This document shows positions 22,068 to 32,466 of a stretch of DNA of 64,000 nucleotides, piece after piece; position 1 is the first letter of the stretch, and the number at the start of each line of letters is the position of its first letter. Under the pieces are notes generated by a model, which worked only from the letters and a program-made list of their open reading frames with translations, had not been told where the DNA came from and did not search any database. Source of the DNA: Methanothermococcus sp. Ax23 (GTDB taxonomy: Archaea; AGJL01; Methanococci; Methanococcales; Methanococcaceae); NCBI RefSeq assembly GCF_049075655.1, contig NZ_CP157522.1:96001-160000 (forward strand). The letters are read 5' to 3'. A program made the position numbers and the translations under genes.

Positions 22068-24260
22068 ATGAAGCTACAAAATCCATTTAAATTACAAAAT
22101 TGGAAATTTAAAAAATTTTTATTAATAATTTTGGGCATTCAATTATCTTTATTAGGGTTATTTACATTAAATAATTTAGGAATAGACATAACAATTTTAA
22201 GACCATTGATAGGATTTATATATATATCCTTCATCCCAGGATATTTGCTTCTAAGGATTTTAAGATTGCACAATTTAAGCAGTATTGAGAGTTTTTTATA
22301 TGCCCTTGGACTGAGTTTATTTATGGGTATGTTTGTTGGATTTTTGATGAATATGTTTTATCCAATTTTAGGCATTACAAATAAACCTATTGCAGAAATT
22401 CCAATAGTTTTAACTATGGCTGGAGTTGTGTTTTTATTGTGTATTATTGCTTATTTTAGAGATAAAAAATATAATAGTCCTGACTATATCAATTTAAAAG
22501 ATATTATAAATCCACAGGTTTTATTTTTAAGTTTAATTCCATTCATGGCAATATTTGGAACCTATTTAGTAAATTATTACCATAATAATATTTTATTAAT
22601 GATAATGATTGTTATAATTGCATTGATTGCATTAATTGTTGGATTTACAGATTGGATTGATAAGAAATATTATCCTTATGCTATTTGGGCAATTGCTATT
22701 GCATTAGTATGGCATATAATGCTAATAACTCCTTATGTAAATAACCATGATGGGGAAATGGTAGGTGCTAAATCAACAATAGAAAATGGATTTTGGAATT
22801 ATAATATATATGGGAACTATAATTCAATTTTAAGCAATAATGTATTTACCCCAATGGTTTATTTTATTTTGGGAATTAATCTAACTTGGGTTTATAAATT
22901 AATATTTCCACTATGGATATCAATATTTCCAGTTGTGATTTATGTTATTGTTAGGAAGTATTTAGATTGCAAAATGTCATTTTTATCTGCATTAGTTGTT
23001 ATTATCTCAGGTGGAATGGCATACATTAATACATTTACAGTAATTACTAAACAATTTATGGCGGAATTTTTTATGTCATTAATAATAGTTGCTATGTATG
23101 GTGATATAAATAGACTTAAAAAAATGATAATCACATTAATGTTTGGAATGGGCGTAATTTGGTCCCATTATGGAACATCTTATTTGTTTATGGCAGGATT
23201 ATTATTCACAGTAATATTTTTAAAAATTTATAAATTAATCGATAACAAACCAAATAATTACAATAACTCAAAAGAATTTTTATCATTTGCGTTAATATAT
23301 TTATTGTTGATATTATCATGGTATATGTATGTTTCAAGTTCTTCATTATTTAAATCAATTGTAGGTATCGGAAGTAGTGTCTTTGGCTCAATTTGGACAT
23401 CATTTTTAAGCCCTGATGCATCAAGAGGAGCATATATGATAGCTAAAAAATATTCTGAAGGATTATTATTGCTAATTAAATATATGAACCTGGGAATAGC
23501 GTTTTTTATGGTTTTGGGAATGTGTAAAACATTGTGGAACTATAAAAAATCAAAATTTGATGCTACCTATTTAGGGCTGTCATTGTATTTTTTAGGAATA
23601 CTTGTTGCCGCAGTAGTTTTACCATTTTTTGCAGTAATGGGTCCCGATAGACTATATATTTTAGCATTAATTATAACTTCCCCATTTTGTATAATTGGAG
23701 GAATACTCTTCTTTAAAATAATTTCAAAAATTTTTAGAAAGGATATTAAAACAAATAATCTTCTAAAAATAGTATGTGTTTATGTAATAATTTTAATGTT
23801 ATTTAATGTTGGATTTATTCAAGAACTTACAAAAGATCATCCGACTTCAATAGCATTAAGTCAGAATTCGGTGGATAAATATGGAACATTAGAAGACCGT
23901 GCAAGGTTATATAATCGATTAATTACTGAGTATGATATGCATGCAGTGAAATGGATGTCCCAATACGATAAGAAAAATAGTAATATTTATTATAATAGGG
24001 GGCGATCATCAGTAGGTATTATGCTTGATAATTATGGAGACATGTCTTTAAAAATAAAGGGGTTGAACGAACATACAAAATATATTGAAGAAAAATCATA
24101 CATTTGGCTAATGTATGTCAATCTCAAAAAAAATGTTGGGTTTGGAGTCATCCCTGGTGTAGCTGTATCATATTATTTTGATTTCTCAGAAGTTAAACCA
24201 TTATTAAAAAATAAAAACAAAATATACGATAACGGGGGAAGTCAAATATTATTATCTTAA
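22068..24260 (+). CDS. DUF2206-like multi-pass membrane protein
   Basis: Many TM helices, FIPGYLLLRIL, SHYGTSY, C-terminal KNKIYDNG. Confidence 0.75.
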   Translation: MKLQNPFKLQNWKFKKFLLIILGIQLSLLGLFTLNNLGIDITILRPLIGFIYISFIPGYLLLRILRLHNLSSIESFLYALGLSLFMGMFVGFLMNMFYPILGITNKPIAEIPIVLTMAGVVFLLCIIAYFRDKKYNSPDYINLKDIINPQVLFLSLIPFMAIFGTYLVNYYHNNILLMIMIVIIALIALIVGFTDWIDKKYYPYAIWAIAIALVWHIMLITPYVNNHDGEMVGAKSTIENGFWNYNIYGNYNSILSNNVFTPMVYFILGINLTWVYKLIFPLWISIFPVVIYVIVRKYLDCKMSFLSALVVIISGGMAYINTFTVITKQFMAEFFMSLIIVAMYGDINRLKKMIITLMFGMGVIWSHYGTSYLFMAGLLFTVIFLKIYKLIDNKPNNYNNSKEFLSFALIYLLLILSWYMYVSSSSLFKSIVGIGSSVFGSIWTSFLSPDASRGAYMIAKKYSEGLLLLIKYMNLGIAFFMVLGMCKTLWNYKKSKFDATYLGLSLYFLGILVAAVVLPFFAVMGPDRLYILALIITSPFCIIGGILFFKIISKIFRKDIKTNNLLKIVCVYVIILMLFNVGFIQELTKDHPTSIALSQNSVDKYGTLEDRARLYNRLITEYDMHAVKWMSQYDKKNSNIYYNRGRSSVGIMLDNYGDMSLKIKGLNEHTKYIEEKSYIWLMYVNLKKNVGFGVIPGVAVSYYFDFSEVKPLLKNKNKIYDNGGSQILLS

Positions 24261-25312
24261 ATTCCTTTTCCGCCCCTTCCTTTAATTCCATCAAAAACTG
24301 CTTTACAATAGGCTTTAAATAACTGGAAATTTTTCTTTAAAAAAATGAAATATATAAACTTTTTAACAGAGTCATAACTCAAAAACCAAATTAAAAATAA
24401 AATATAATCAATAAACGCATTATGTTTTCTTACAAATAATATTCTATTCCTTGTTTGATAATACACTGATGCAGGGGAACCATTTCCACTAACCCCAAGT
24501 TTATGCCACAAAATAGATTTAGGAATATAAACACATTTATAACCCAATTTTTTAGCTCTGATCGATAAATCACTATCTTCGTAACATGCAAAATACAATT
24601 CATCTAATCCTTTTAATTTTTCTAAAATTTCTTTTTTAAGTAACATCGAGCATCCAGTTATAAAATCAAATTCTTTTATTTTATTATATGCTCTATTATC
24701 TATTGTGTGGTCTCCCTCATGCCAACCGTATCCCGTTTTTGTATTGATTCCCCCTCCAGCAAACCAAACCACATCACTTCTTCCGTCATAATCATAATAA
24801 TAAATCTTACTTCCAACAATTCCAATCTTTTCATCACTTTCTGCAACTTTTACCATTTCAATTAAAAAATCTTTATCTACAACCGTATCATTATTTAACA
24901 ATAGAACATACTTAGAATTTAAAACATCCAAAGCAAATTTTATCCCAACATTATTCCCCCCAGCAAAACCATAATTATCTTTATTTTTAATTAAAATCAT
25001 TCTTTTATTTGGATTTAGTTTTTCATATTCTTCTTTTTCTAAAAATTTATTACTTCTTGCTTTATCTTCTGAAATTTCAAAAACTTTAATGGGTTTGTTA
25101 TCTTCCGAATATTTGAAAAATTTAGAATTTACTTCAATTGTTCCATTGCAATATTCTTTTATTTTTTCAATAGATTCATCCTTAGAATCATTATCTACAA
25201 CTATCATATCATAATTTGGATAGTTAATTCTATAAAGAGATTCTAAGCATTCTATTGTATCTCTCCAACCATTCCAGTTTAATATGATTATTGAAACTCT
25301 CGGATAGTCCAT
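24257..25312 (-). CDS. GT2 glycosyltransferase (rhamnosyltransferase-like)
   Basis: IIILNWNG, VVDN, NYGFAGGNN, LLNNDT, YEDSDL. Confidence 0.87.
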   Translation of the reverse strand: MDYPRVSIIILNWNGWRDTIECLESLYRINYPNYDMIVVDNDSKDESIEKIKEYCNGTIEVNSKFFKYSEDNKPIKVFEISEDKARSNKFLEKEEYEKLNPNKRMILIKNKDNYGFAGGNNVGIKFALDVLNSKYVLLLNNDTVVDKDFLIEMVKVAESDEKIGIVGSKIYYYDYDGRSDVVWFAGGGINTKTGYGWHEGDHTIDNRAYNKIKEFDFITGCSMLLKKEILEKLKGLDELYFACYEDSDLSIRAKKLGYKCVYIPKSILWHKLGVSGNGSPASVYYQTRNRILFVRKHNAFIDYILFLIWFLSYDSVKKFIYFIFLKKNFQLFKAYCKAVFDGIKGRGGKGI

Positions 25313-25325
25313 AATTTCACCAAAA

Positions 25326-26366
25326 TTAGTCATATAAAATTCTTCTGGGTTTTTCATTATCAAAATTTCCTTTCAATCCGTCCAAATAAGCATTTGTAAT
25401 AAATTTTATTCGTTTAATTTTGTTATCATTAAATAACAATATTCCTAAAATAGACTTAAGATACGATGTTGTTAGTTTAGTATAAAACTTTAGCTTATTA
25501 GTTGAGTATTTTTTACCTAACCAAGTAAGATTTCTACACCCATAGTAACTTAACCATAATTTTTCATAAGGAATACTATTAACAATTTTCCATAAGAATT
25601 TTTTTTTCTTCACATTTTTTTGGGACATCTCTTTATGGAATATTATACTATCTGTTATTAATAAAATCTTACTAACTTTTCTTAATCTAATGCAATATTC
25701 GACATCGTCATGATGTATAAAAAATTCCTTTTTTGGATAACCCATCTTTGATATCGCTTTTTTACTAACTAAAATACCAACAAAAGAAGCAAAATCTATG
25801 TTTAAAACTTTATTATTAAAATATTTTTCTAATGGTATGGGTTTTTGAATGAGAGGAAATATGTTATCAAAATCGAAATAGCCCCTATGGAATATTGAGA
25901 CTTCTTCTTTAACATCATTTACAACACATGCTAAAGCACTAACATCTTTTTCATTGAAATATTCACTTAACTTTTCTAAAGCATCCTCTTTTGGTTCTGC
26001 ATCATCGTCCATTAACCATAACCAGTCATATCCCTTTTCATAAGCCCTTTTAACTCCTTCATAAAACCCTCCAGCTCCTCCAGTATTTTCATGCATTCTG
26101 ACATAGTGGAGTTTTATATTTTCCCCATTTACTAAATTTTTAATCGTAAATGTTTTTTCCCAAGGTTCATTTAAATTCTCTGGTGGTAATTCCTTTATAT
26201 GCTCTTTTTCTAAAAGTAGTTGTGAAGTTCCGTCTGTTGAAGCATTGTCAATAAGATAGATAGCATCTATTGGTTTTGTTTGCTTTCTCAATGCATCTAA
26301 ACATTCAATAAGCAAATCTTTCCTATTGTATGTAACTACAACTGCACATGTGGTTTCTTTTTTCAT
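25326..26366 (-). CDS. GT2 glycosyltransferase (galactofuranosyltransferase GlfT1-like)
   Basis: VVTYNR, NTGGAGGF, WLMDDD, DDVEY; adjacent to glf. Confidence 0.8.
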   Translation of the reverse strand: MKKETTCAVVVTYNRKDLLIECLDALRKQTKPIDAIYLIDNASTDGTSQLLLEKEHIKELPPENLNEPWEKTFTIKNLVNGENIKLHYVRMHENTGGAGGFYEGVKRAYEKGYDWLWLMDDDAEPKEDALEKLSEYFNEKDVSALACVVNDVKEEVSIFHRGYFDFDNIFPLIQKPIPLEKYFNNKVLNIDFASFVGILVSKKAISKMGYPKKEFFIHHDDVEYCIRLRKVSKILLITDSIIFHKEMSQKNVKKKKFLWKIVNSIPYEKLWLSYYGCRNLTWLGKKYSTNKLKFYTKLTTSYLKSILGILLFNDNKIKRIKFITNAYLDGLKGNFDNEKPRRILYD

Positions 26367-26376
26367 AAGTAATCCC

Positions 26377-27483
26377 TTATTCACCTTTTAACTTATAATA
26401 CAACTCCAAAGCTTTCTTAACAGTTTCATCCATATTATAATATTTATATCCTGCCAACCTTCCAATAAAATATATTCTTTCATCTTTCAACTTATTAACT
26501 TCTTCCATATATTTACTAAGAATTCGTTTATTCTCTTCATTTAAAATTGGGTATGCTACAACACCAACATTGGAAGGATATTCCATACAAATGGTAGTTT
26601 TTTTATGTTCTTGGAATGTCATCTTTTTAAATTCTGTTATTCTTGTGAAATCATAGTTATTATTATAATTAACAACTGCAACTGGTTGATAATCTCCATC
26701 AAAAGTTTTAAATTCAAAGTTTAAACATCTATAAGGTAATTTACCATATTTATAATTAAAGAAATAATCAATTTCTCCAGTATAAATCATTAAATCATAA
26801 TCAATCCAATCAATAATTTCTTTATAGTCAGTATTTAACAAAATTTTGATATTCCTATTATTAAGCATCTTTTCAAACATTTTTGTATATCCTTCCTTTG
26901 GCATACCCTGGTATTTATCATTAAAATATCTATCATCCCTACTTATTACAATTGGCACCCTTGCAGTTACTGATTTATCAATTTCTTCTGGTTTTAAACC
27001 CCACTGTTTCATTGTATAATTTAAAAACACTTTTTCATAAATAAAATCTGCCAAATATTTCAAATCTTCATCATCAACATTTTTTAAATCTAAAATTGGA
27101 ATTCTCTTTCCATATCCAAACTGTTTTATTAATTTTTTTTCTAATTTTTCAGCATATTTTTTTGGAAATAATTTATATACTGTATTTAAATTAAATGGTA
27201 TTGGAACTAATTTTCCATCAATGTTTCCTAAAACTTTATGTTGATAATAAATCCAATCTGTGAAGTTAGATAAATAATTCCAAACATCTTCATAATTTGT
27301 ATGAAATATATGAGGACCATATTTATGCACTAAAATACCATGTTCATTATAATAATCGTAGCAATTTCCTCCAATATGGTTTCTTTTTTCTATTATCAGA
27401 ACATTTTTTCCTTCTGATGCAAATCTTTCTGCTAATGTTATTCCAGTAATTCCTGCTCCTATAATTATAATATCAGTTTTCAT
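26377..27483 (-). CDS. glf: UDP-galactopyranose mutase
   Basis: GAGITG, HIGGNCYD, HKYGPHIFHT, YTMKQWG, TRITEFK, GRLAGYKYYNM. Confidence 0.93.
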   Translation of the reverse strand: MKTDIIIIGAGITGITLAERFASEGKNVLIIEKRNHIGGNCYDYYNEHGILVHKYGPHIFHTNYEDVWNYLSNFTDWIYYQHKVLGNIDGKLVPIPFNLNTVYKLFPKKYAEKLEKKLIKQFGYGKRIPILDLKNVDDEDLKYLADFIYEKVFLNYTMKQWGLKPEEIDKSVTARVPIVISRDDRYFNDKYQGMPKEGYTKMFEKMLNNRNIKILLNTDYKEIIDWIDYDLMIYTGEIDYFFNYKYGKLPYRCLNFEFKTFDGDYQPVAVVNYNNNYDFTRITEFKKMTFQEHKKTTICMEYPSNVGVVAYPILNEENKRILSKYMEEVNKLKDERIYFIGRLAGYKYYNMDETVKKALELYYKLKGE

Positions 27484-27493
27484 ATTTCATACC

Positions 27494-28789
27494 TCATTTA
27501 GTTAATATTTTCTTCCATTTGATATACACATACATTGATAATGTAATAAATATTTCCGTAATTACTATGGATGTAGAAATACCAATATGCTTCCAAAATG
27601 GAACTAACACCAATGCTAAAATTATGTTAATAATACTACCTGCAACTATAATTTTTGTAAATGCTCTTTTATAACCAAATGTTAGCATTGTTTGAATACC
27701 CAATATATTGCTTAAACCAATAATAAACGGCAAAAATGCCAAAATTCTAATAACTATTATTGAATTGTAATATTGCTCCCCTAAAACTATTTTCACTATC
27801 AAATCTGCAAATATGAATATTAACAAAGAAAGAATAAATGTGAATGCCCCCACTCCTCTTATTAATTTTTTAATAACAGATACTGCTTTTTCTTTTGATT
27901 CTGATGCCAATCTACTAATGTAAGGATAAAATGTTTGAGATATTGGATTTAACATGCCCAAAAACGCCTGAATTAATGTATATCCTGCAGAGAAATATCC
28001 TACAATAGTATTATTCGTAAATATACCCAGTATGAATGTATTTGATGTGGTATATAAATTTATTGAAACCGTAGAAACAAATATATGCCATCCTTCCTTT
28101 AATTGATTAATGACCTCTATTTTAGATGGTATTTTAAAAACTACATCAAATTTTTTGAATATAAAAATTAAACTTAAAACTCCAGCCAATATATAACCCA
28201 AGGAGCTTATAAGTGGAACATAAATATAATCCGAAGCATCCCTTATAAAAACAAATATCGAAATTGTAAATACCGTTTTAGAAATTATATTTAAGAAGGT
28301 AATATATTTCATTCGTTCCATACCTTGAAAAAACCATACTGGAAACAAAACATTTCCTAAAACCACTCCAAAAGCAAATATATAAATAATCCAATTATGG
28401 CTAAATTTTTCAAATGAAAATACCACAATACATAATATTATAAAACTTAAAACCATAAAAACAATTTTTATAATCATTACAGAACTAAAAATTTCTGATA
28501 ATTTTTCTTTATTATCCCTATGTACTGCTACATCTCTTGTTGCGGATAAATTAAATCCATAATCAGTAATAATATTAAAATATCCGATAAACGCACTAGC
28601 AAAAGCTATAAGACCATATTTATCAGGACCCAAAACCCTAACTAAATAAGGAAATGTAATTAATGGTAAAATGTAATTTAGTCCCTGCAATGTAAAAAGA
28701 GATGCAAAATTTTCAAATAATCTTTTAACATCATCATTTTTCAGTTTTTCTTTTAATTTTTTAATAGTTAAATCCATTACTATCCCCAT
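27494..28789 (-). CDS. wzx: Wzx/MOP oligosaccharide flippase
   Basis: [25 protein letters not shown], about 12 TM helices. Confidence 0.88.
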   Translation of the reverse strand: MGIVMDLTIKKLKEKLKNDDVKRLFENFASLFTLQGLNYILPLITFPYLVRVLGPDKYGLIAFASAFIGYFNIITDYGFNLSATRDVAVHRDNKEKLSEIFSSVMIIKIVFMVLSFIILCIVVFSFEKFSHNWIIYIFAFGVVLGNVLFPVWFFQGMERMKYITFLNIISKTVFTISIFVFIRDASDYIYVPLISSLGYILAGVLSLIFIFKKFDVVFKIPSKIEVINQLKEGWHIFVSTVSINLYTTSNTFILGIFTNNTIVGYFSAGYTLIQAFLGMLNPISQTFYPYISRLASESKEKAVSVIKKLIRGVGAFTFILSLLIFIFADLIVKIVLGEQYYNSIIVIRILAFLPFIIGLSNILGIQTMLTFGYKRAFTKIIVAGSIINIILALVLVPFWKHIGISTSIVITEIFITLSMYVYIKWKKILTK

Positions 28790-28953
28790 TTAATTAAGTA
28801 TTGATAAATATGATCAAAAGATAAAATACCAAACCCCTCAGCTCCTAAATATCTCGCCATGTAAATTGTATAAATAAAACCAAATAATTTGGATATAATA
28901 TTAGATACAAACAAAATCCCCGTGTTTTTAGCAATTCTTTTAACCGAGCTCAT
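28780..28953 (-). pseudogene. N-terminal stub of a second, different Wzx flippase
   Basis: My translation is [46 protein letters not shown], followed by unrelated residues and a stop. This is a typical flippase N-terminus. Confidence 0.8.
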
Positions 28954-29190
28954 CTTAACCCCTATATATTAAAATTAAAACTTACAATTATATCATCTCC
29001 CCTTTTATTTAAATGTTTTCTGGTTTTTAACCTATAAAATAAATAATCCTTCGGAGCTCCCATATTTATATGGCTAAAAAATTAAACCTGAGTTCAGAAA
29101 ATATAAAATTGTCGGAGCTCCCAATTCCAAGATAATTGAAATATTTAAATAATAATTATGATATACTTGATATAATATTATGAGCTCACC

Positions 29191-29620
29191 ATGGTTGAAA
29201 TTATGGAATTATTTAAACAATTAAAGGAAGACTTCAAAGAATATAAAAATTCTTGCATGGGGATAATTCTATTTGGTTCTTACGCAACAGGAAATTCCAC
29301 TAAAAAAAAGCGATATTGATATATGTATTGTAAATCCAAAAGATAATAATGTCTATTTTGGAATATTAAAAAAGTTGGGAGGGAAATACGATGTAAAAAT
29401 TTTCGAGGAGCTCCCATTATATATTCAAATTAACATAATCAAAAACTTCAAGGGCAATGTGATATATGGGGAGGAGATAGAGCTCTCGGAGTATTTCTAT
29501 AAGTTTAGAAAACTTTGGAAAGATATGGAACATAGGATTAAGGAAAATACTTTTTCAAGCGTTAGGGAAAAAATTCTTTTAAGGAGGAAATTCAATGAAC
29601 GAATCAAAGAATTCCAGTAG
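29191..29620 (+). pseudogene. Minimal nucleotidyltransferase (MNT antitoxin), frameshifted
   Basis: IILFGSYATGNSTKK in one frame continues as SDIDICIV in another. There is one extra A in the A8 run at 29302-29309. Confidence 0.82.
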
Positions 29621-29741
29621 ATTGAACCGATACTTTAAAAAACTTGAAAAGTTCGAAGAAGAATATGAAATAATCCAAAATAATGATATTATCGATGAGA
29701 TAGAACTAAATATATCAGAGCTCCCATATTTATATGGCTAA
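29595..29741 (+). pseudogene. Truncated partner of MNT (HEPN/DUF86 toxin N-terminus)
   Basis: Overlapping ORF MNESKNSSRLNRYFKKLEKFEEEY...DEI runs into the GAGCTC repeat and stops. The identity is inferred from its position after MNT. Confidence 0.6.
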
Positions 29742-29873
29742 AAAATTAAACCTGAGCTCAGGAAAATAAACATGTCGGAGCTCCAACATCCTTAAAATTA
29801 ACTTAAAAAAATAAAATATATTAATTTTAATTTTGCATCTCTGAGCTCAGGGCATCCTATAAATAAAAAAATC

Positions 29874-30387
29874 TTAATTTTTGTTTTTTAATTCATCCCT
29901 AATCTCTTTTAAAATTTCTTTCATTTCGTTCTGTCCTTTTATTATAGTTTCTTGCCCTTTTTTAACTTCTTCCAAAATTCCAAATATCATTTTAATATAT
30001 TTAACTCCTTCATCAAGTTTTTTATTCAATCGGAGTGAGCGAAGCGAACGGAGAGCTACGAAAACATTGGTTTTCGTTCAATTCCATTAAATCATCCGCT
30101 GATATTCTATTGATTCCTTTTGGAAATTCAATATATGAATTTAGTTCTTTTTCCTCAATCTCTTCTATTTTGATTAACTCATCCTTTTTTGCCAATGTCT
30201 TAATATTTCTTTTGAATAAATCTTTTATTTCTTCATCATCAAAGTTTGCCAAAATCCTAACTGTTCCATCCTCATAATTATAAACTACTCCATCAATACC
30301 TAAACCTCTCCCAATGTCTTCTATCCTATCTCTAAATCCAACATGCTGGACTTTACCATATATTTTTAACTCGTAAGTTGTCGCCAT
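29874..30387 (-). pseudogene. Acylphosphatase-domain/coiled-coil protein disrupted by a micro-insertion
   Basis: [20 protein letters not shown] fold motif. Removing 52 bp restores a 153 aa ORF ending ..[21 protein letters not shown]. Confidence 0.85.
30031..30076 (-). mobile_element. Double-hairpin micro-insertion with TTCAAT duplication
   Basis: ttcaat at 30025-30030 and 30077-30082 flanks a GC-rich insert containing gagcgaagcga and acgaaaac-attg-gttttcgt. Confidence 0.85.
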
Positions 30388-30544
30388 ATTCTCACCTTTG
30401 ATATTATATTATCGAGCTCATCCTAACCACTTAAAATTAAATCAATATTATCATATATTTTCCCACTATTTTAATATTTCCAAATCTAAAAACCTGAGCT
30501 CATAAAAAATTATCGGAGATCCGATAAAAAAATAAAAATATTAT

Positions 30545-31102
30545 TTAAAACAACTCATCCATTTCATCCAATTCCTTCAAAGTATGCCATTGCTTATCCT
30601 TATCGGATAGATTTGGTTTATCAACAGGCCATTCAATGCCAATGTCTTCATCATTCCAAATTACTCCGCATTCACATTCAGGAGCATATTTATTATCGAC
30701 CTTATAAACTACTTCAGCAGTATCACTTAAAACACAAAAACCATGGGCAAATCCTCGCGGTATGTAGAGCTCATGCTTATTAAACTCAGACAGCACAACC
30801 CCCACCCACTTTCCAAATGTTGGGGAATCTCTCCTTAAATCCACAGCAACATCGTAAATAACTCCCCTAATACACCTAACAATCTTTGCCTGTGCATAAG
30901 GTTCTTTTTGGAAATGCAATCCCCTTAATACCCCATAAGAAGATTTAGAGTGGTTATCCTGAACAAATTCCCCTTTTATGCCAGCATTTTCAAAATCTTC
31001 CTTTTTATAAGTTTCCATAAAAAATCCTCTTTCATCCCCAAAAACCTTAGGTTTTATTAAAATTACTTCTGGAATTTTAGTTTTTATGAATTCAAATGGC
31101 AT
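30545..31102 (-). CDS. rfbC: dTDP-4-dehydrorhamnose 3,5-epimerase
   Basis: DERGFF, QDNHS, LRGLHFQ, GFAHGF. Confidence 0.95.
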   Translation of the reverse strand: MPFEFIKTKIPEVILIKPKVFGDERGFFMETYKKEDFENAGIKGEFVQDNHSKSSYGVLRGLHFQKEPYAQAKIVRCIRGVIYDVAVDLRRDSPTFGKWVGVVLSEFNKHELYIPRGFAHGFCVLSDTAEVVYKVDNKYAPECECGVIWNDEDIGIEWPVDKPNLSDKDKQWHTLKELDEMDELF

Positions 31103-31281
31103 AATATCCCTCCACTTTTATCAATTACCTTTTAAATATTGTTTTTTGTTTATCATATTTGACACTCTGTTGTTTTTATGTCAAATATGTTGGACATGCT
31201 ATATAATACCAATGTTAGAGCTCCAACATTTAAAAAAATTTTTATGATAGGTTTTTTAAATACCCTATTTGGTGATACAGT

Positions 31282-31519
31282 ATGGCACTAATAAAAATTA
31301 CAAGAAACTGTCAAATAACCATCCCTTCTGAGATTAGAAAAAAAATGGGCGTCAAAGAAAGGGATTATCTTGATATAGAAATAGAAAATGGAAAAATAGT
31401 TCTAAAAAAAAATAGAAAAAATAGAAAAAAGAAGGAAAACGATTAAACTTGGTAAAAAAATTACCACTGATGAAATTGGGAAACTCATAGAAGAGGGGAT
31501 AGATGAATGTATGCAGTAA
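31282..31519 (+). pseudogene. AbrB/VapB antitoxin, frameshifted
   Basis: MALIKITRNCQITIPSEIRKKMGVKERD.. AbrB motif. A tandem aaaaaataga duplication near 31405-31430 shifts the frame. Confidence 0.75.
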
Positions 31520-31560
31520 TAGATACAAATGTGTTAATAAATGTAGGAATTCAATATTGA
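31507..31560 (+). pseudogene. VapC/PIN toxin N-terminal stub
   Basis: MYAVIDTNVLI (PIN DTN motif) overlaps the AbrB stop and ends after 17 codons. Confidence 0.7.
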
Positions 31561-31568
31561 AACATTAC

Positions 31569-32462
31569 TTAAATAATCTTTTTTAACTCATTTAAACATT
31601 CATTAACATTTTTCAGTTTAATGCCTAACAATTTTTCAACTTTCCCACTATTTAGTGAAGTGTCTTTTGGTCTATTTGCCTTCCATCCTAATTCGGAGCT
31701 CCGTATAGGTTTTATCAAATCCTTATTTAAATCAAATATTTCAGCGACTTTTAACGCAAACTCATACCTACTTACCTTTTCACCGCCCCCAAAGTGCAAT
31801 AAATCATTAACATCTTTTTCATAAATCTTAATAATTCCATCGGTGAGCTCAGGCACATAGGTTGGGGTGTTCCACTGGTCAGTTACTGCATTTACTTCAT
31901 TTCCCTCTTTTAAGGTATTTAAAACCCACATGAAAAAATTGACTTTAACAGGACTTATAAAGTAAGGGACAGAAATCCTTACAATAGATGTCAAATCATA
32001 ATTTAATTCATTTAAAACCTTTTCCCCTTCTGCTTTTGTCCATCCATAGTAGTTTATGGGATTTACCTCATCATCTTCAACATAATTGCCCTTTTCCCCA
32101 TCAAAAACATAATCTGTGGATATATGGCATAATGGAATATTTAGTTTTTTACATGCTTCACCGATATATCCAACAGCAAGAGCATTTGTTTTATATGCCA
32201 ATTCTCTCTCAGTTTCGCATAAATCCACATTGGTAATAGCCGCAGTATTTATAACAAAATCCGGATTTATACCCATAATAGTTTCTTTTATTTTGTTTTC
32301 ATTGGCAATATCCACAAAATGTTTAGTTATACCGCTATCACTATCAAAAAGCCCTTTATCGCTCCTTGTAATTACATGAACCTTAAAGCCCAAATCATCA
32401 TATTTTTTAACGAGCTCATACCCTATCATACCCAAGCCAATAATTGCTATTTTTTCCCCCAC
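31569..32462 (-). CDS. rfbD: dTDP-4-dehydrorhamnose reductase
   Basis: HISTDYVFDG, PINYYGWTK, RPKDTSL. Confidence 0.92.
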   Translation of the reverse strand: MGEKIAIIGLGMIGYELVKKYDDLGFKVHVITRSDKGLFDSDSGITKHFVDIANENKIKETIMGINPDFVINTAAITNVDLCETERELAYKTNALAVGYIGEACKKLNIPLCHISTDYVFDGEKGNYVEDDEVNPINYYGWTKAEGEKVLNELNYDLTSIVRISVPYFISPVKVNFFMWVLNTLKEGNEVNAVTDQWNTPTYVPELTDGIIKIYEKDVNDLLHFGGGEKVSRYEFALKVAEIFDLNKDLIKPIRSSELGWKANRPKDTSLNSGKVEKLLGIKLKNVNECLNELKKII

Positions 32463-32466
32463 ATTA

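Larger units (their letters stand above)
29051..29784 (+). repeat. About 70 bp direct repeat (29051-29122 vs 29715-29784) built from GAGCTC palindromes
   Basis: gagctcccatatt(t)tatatggctaaaaaattaaacctgag(t/c)tcag...tgtcggagctcc occurs twice, bracketing the MNT/HEPN remnant. Confidence 0.88.
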
